This document shows, piece by piece, positions 60,867 through 64,000 of a DNA stretch of 64,000 bases. Origin of the DNA: the human T2T-CHM13v2.0 reference genome, Homo sapiens. The DNA lies in the NCBI RefSeq assembly GCF_009914755.1, contig NC_060931.1. One strand, 5' to 3'. The notes beneath the pieces are model-generated. The model was not told the DNA's origin, did no database searches, and worked only from the letters and a program-made list of their open reading frames with translations. The translations under genes were made by a program, and so were the position numbers. How positions within the stretch are numbered: position 1 is the stretch's first letter; the number at the start of each line of letters is the position of its first letter.

Positions 60867-63800
60867 AATCTTTCCTTTTCTGATCGACAACTATGTAAGA
60901 CAATATGCCTAATAGATACCCAATATATAGATACATAATAACCCTTAATCCTTAGTATGTTTTAGATGACTCAGTAGACTTCCTGACTACTGTCTTTACC
61001 AATGTTCTATTAGATGAGATCAAAAGATGCATCTTTACATTGAATTTGATTTTAGTAGAGAGAATCACTTATTTTTTTAATTAGAAATTAAGCTGCATTT
61101 AGAAAGTTAAAAAATAATGATTACTGATTTTACATTTAAGTCAACTTTCAATATGCTTAGTATTACCAATTGTTACTTTAATAAGGTGTTTTTCTGGGAA
61201 CATTGCTTATAAAATACTATTTATATGTTTTTGTTTGTTTAGCTCCAATATCAAAGAGAAATAGCTATATTGCATGTGCTATAACTGACTGTCAATGAAT
61301 GGGTAATTTAAAATAGCCTCAGATGCCTCAAACCTTAACGCTAAATTCACCTCACAAAGGGAATTTATTCAATCCAAACGCCCTCCTATTGCTTAAATGA
61401 AGACATTGATATGAAGATTCATATCTGAAGTTAAGATATTAGTAAATCAAACAATGTAAAATTCACGACCATATATATCATACGGATTTGGAATTAGCTG
61501 AGTGATCTACTTTTGTATATTTTTGTGGTTAAATTTAAGCACTATACATTTATGAGAATGATTTTCTAAGAAGAAACCCCATTTATTTTCTAAGAAATTG
61601 CAGCCTACCTTTCTATGCTGGTTTGTTTTATGTACTACTATTGACTTTTCTTCAGTTTTATATAAGATACACAGCCTAGTGAATAATAAAAAAGTATTAT
61701 TACATTTACTTTAACTCTTAGCCTTTGCTTTGACTGCACAGAAGGAGACCTTTAATTTTTATATGCTTTGAAATTCATGAAAATTGACATTTTTGCCTGA
61801 CAACTTATTTCTCCACTTTCATATGCCTTTCCTCTTGACTGAATTTAGTCTTTTGTAGTGTTGCAGAGGCTGTAGATTACCAAGTTCTCCTAGATTCACA
61901 GGGCAGTAACTATAGGCTTGAAGAACATTCACCACTAAACCTGAGTGAGGCTCATTCGATGTTGTAAGAAATAGAGGGCTCATTTGTTCCCTCTGACAGC
62001 CTCTCCAGGGGTGCTCACTTATGTGTACATGCACTATGTATACATGTCCTATGTGTATGTATGAGAGTGTGTGCATTTTGTTATGCATTTTAATAAAATA
62101 TAGTCATATATATTATTATAGATGTGTATATACATAAATACATATGGAGGAAATGGACAATGGTATGTTGTAATGTTCAGAAATGAACAAGGTGATGTAA
62201 ACACTGTCCCTAAATCTTGTTTCACAGTAGAGTTTCCAGTAGATGACAAGTACGGTAGCCACCACAAAGGGCTGTGAGAGAGAGGGTGCATCTCTCCAAA
62301 ACAAGTATTCCCCACAACACAGTGACAGTAGGCTAAAACATTTCGAATATTTTCCCTGCCTGCTTAGAGAAAGCATAGGGCTCAGGCTGTCATTCCATGT
62401 TATAGTAACAGTTCTCGTTTAAATTCATTAATAAACAAGCACTCTTCTAAACTTAGCTAATGTGCTCTTACTCCTGAAAGATAAAGAAATCCAGTTTTGG
62501 GATGCTGACAAAGTGAGTCTTCTGAGCCTATTAGAGTAAAAACAGCTTACCCTAGTGTAAGGCAACTATAACTGTAAGATCATGAATGTTCTCGAGAGAC
62601 CACTTAAGGACAGACACAGGCTATTCTGGGCATATTTTAATGTCCTTTTTGGCCTTTCTATTTTAAAACATTTCATCTTTCTTGTGTGTGGCTCCTATCA
62701 TTGCTTTCCTAAGTTTAAGTTGGTATATTCAACTGTTCATTCCTGAACTCTATCCCAGGAACTTTTTTCTCCCACTCTTAACAGAAGTCAAGAGACATAG
62801 GTCAATTTTCTGTAATTTAGTAAGTAATTCAGTAGCACTCAATACTCAGTATCATCATTTATACATTATAACCATTATAACATTTATTCTGCACATCTAA
62901 GTTTGCTTTGAATGACAGAATTAATACTAAGAGACCTTGTCTCCCTTGAAAATTGATGGGAAGGAAGCTTTAGCCAGATAAATACTTTTTTAAAAAAAAA
63001 TGTCATCAAGTGAGAGAGCCTGAACCACAATCCCAATGGGATCAGAACACTTGAGTCAATTAGCCAAGACTCCACCTACCTGTGCACTAGTGATGGCCCA
63101 GCCAATGGAAACCCACTACTTAACATCCTGGCAAAGCTCCCTGTCTATGGGCACTGCTTAACTGGGCCATATCCTCACTTCCTCTCTGTCTCCCCTTTCT
63201 TTTTATGCTTTCTTTGCTGACCAAGCCCCTGTTCACATTCTTTCCTATATTTGTTAATATATTCCATCACATTATTAAAATCTAACTGATCGTACCGTCC
63301 AGGGACACATCGTGTCCCTCGAAGACTTGACTCTATTCTAACCCGTTATTGTTAAAATTAACTTTCAAAGGGCAATTAGCATTTGTAATTTCATGAGGAA
63401 TAGTCAAATAGCCTGAAAGTAATATCAACAGGCTCTCTCTATTTAGAGGGGCCTCACTGAGAAAAGGTAAAGAATTTCCCGTTTTAACCCATGATGGTGT
63501 TTGTAACCTAGAATGCCATTTTTACAGCATTCAAAATGGCCAGTTTCAAGGTGGCTGACGTGGTTTCGGTGATTCATATTATCAAAAAATGTCTGTCTTA
63601 CTAGATTTTTTTAACCAGAAGTTGATGTAGTTTTAAATTTTTTAAACTGCCATTTACTATGAATTTTAGGTAGGTGCACAAATAACCTACAGCTTTGAAC
63701 TTTCTGAAGTAATATTTTCATACTTTTTACTTCAAATGTAGAATAATTTTTTACTGGTTAAATTATTTTGACAGCTTAAACCCAATGAAAGAGTATATGT

Positions 63801-64000
63801 GTATATATTTATGAGAACATTGAAATACTGTTTGAGAGTAATTATTTATAACAGAGACTTCTGGATTTGACAAATGTTATCATTGTCTTCAGAACTGTTT
63901 CTAGTTGTAAACAGTAAATAGATAATACTGTGGTCAGAAACTTTCCTGGAATTTAGTAGTGTTTGTATGAACTGTATACCACTGAGAACCAGAGCAGGGA

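Noticed and set aside
63301-63319. Hairpin agggacac-atc-gtgtccct
   Set aside because: A single 8-bp-arm inverted repeat is expected by chance in 64 kb.

Overview
AT-rich, CpG-poor human non-coding DNA (intergenic or deep intronic). A near-consensus AluYb8, a human-specific subfamily, at 36450-36768 supports the human assignment. I can support no cellular protein-coding exon, RNA gene or CpG island. The long ORFs in the track are L1 ORF2 remnants or Alu/microsatellite read-throughs. The window is largely interspersed repeats: L1PA/L1MA/L1M, Alus, L2, L3/CR1, MIR, MaLR/ERV LTRs and hAT MERs. Subfamily names come from recalled consensus motifs and need RepeatMasker/Dfam confirmation. The most unusual signal is structural: at least five local templated copies of nearby sequence (about 30-320 bp, direct or inverted, 0.5-1.7 kb from source) pasted into older transposons, three of them within 51.9-53.4 kb. 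One has an iterative snap-back/microhomology architecture. Also notable: a young L1 internal fragment with no tail or TSD (12805-13991), a twin-primed L1 with 88 bp of non-L1 DNA at its inversion junction, and an Alu tail that appears micro-inverted. These look like DNA-repair and retrotransposition scars. I do not see a new gene system.
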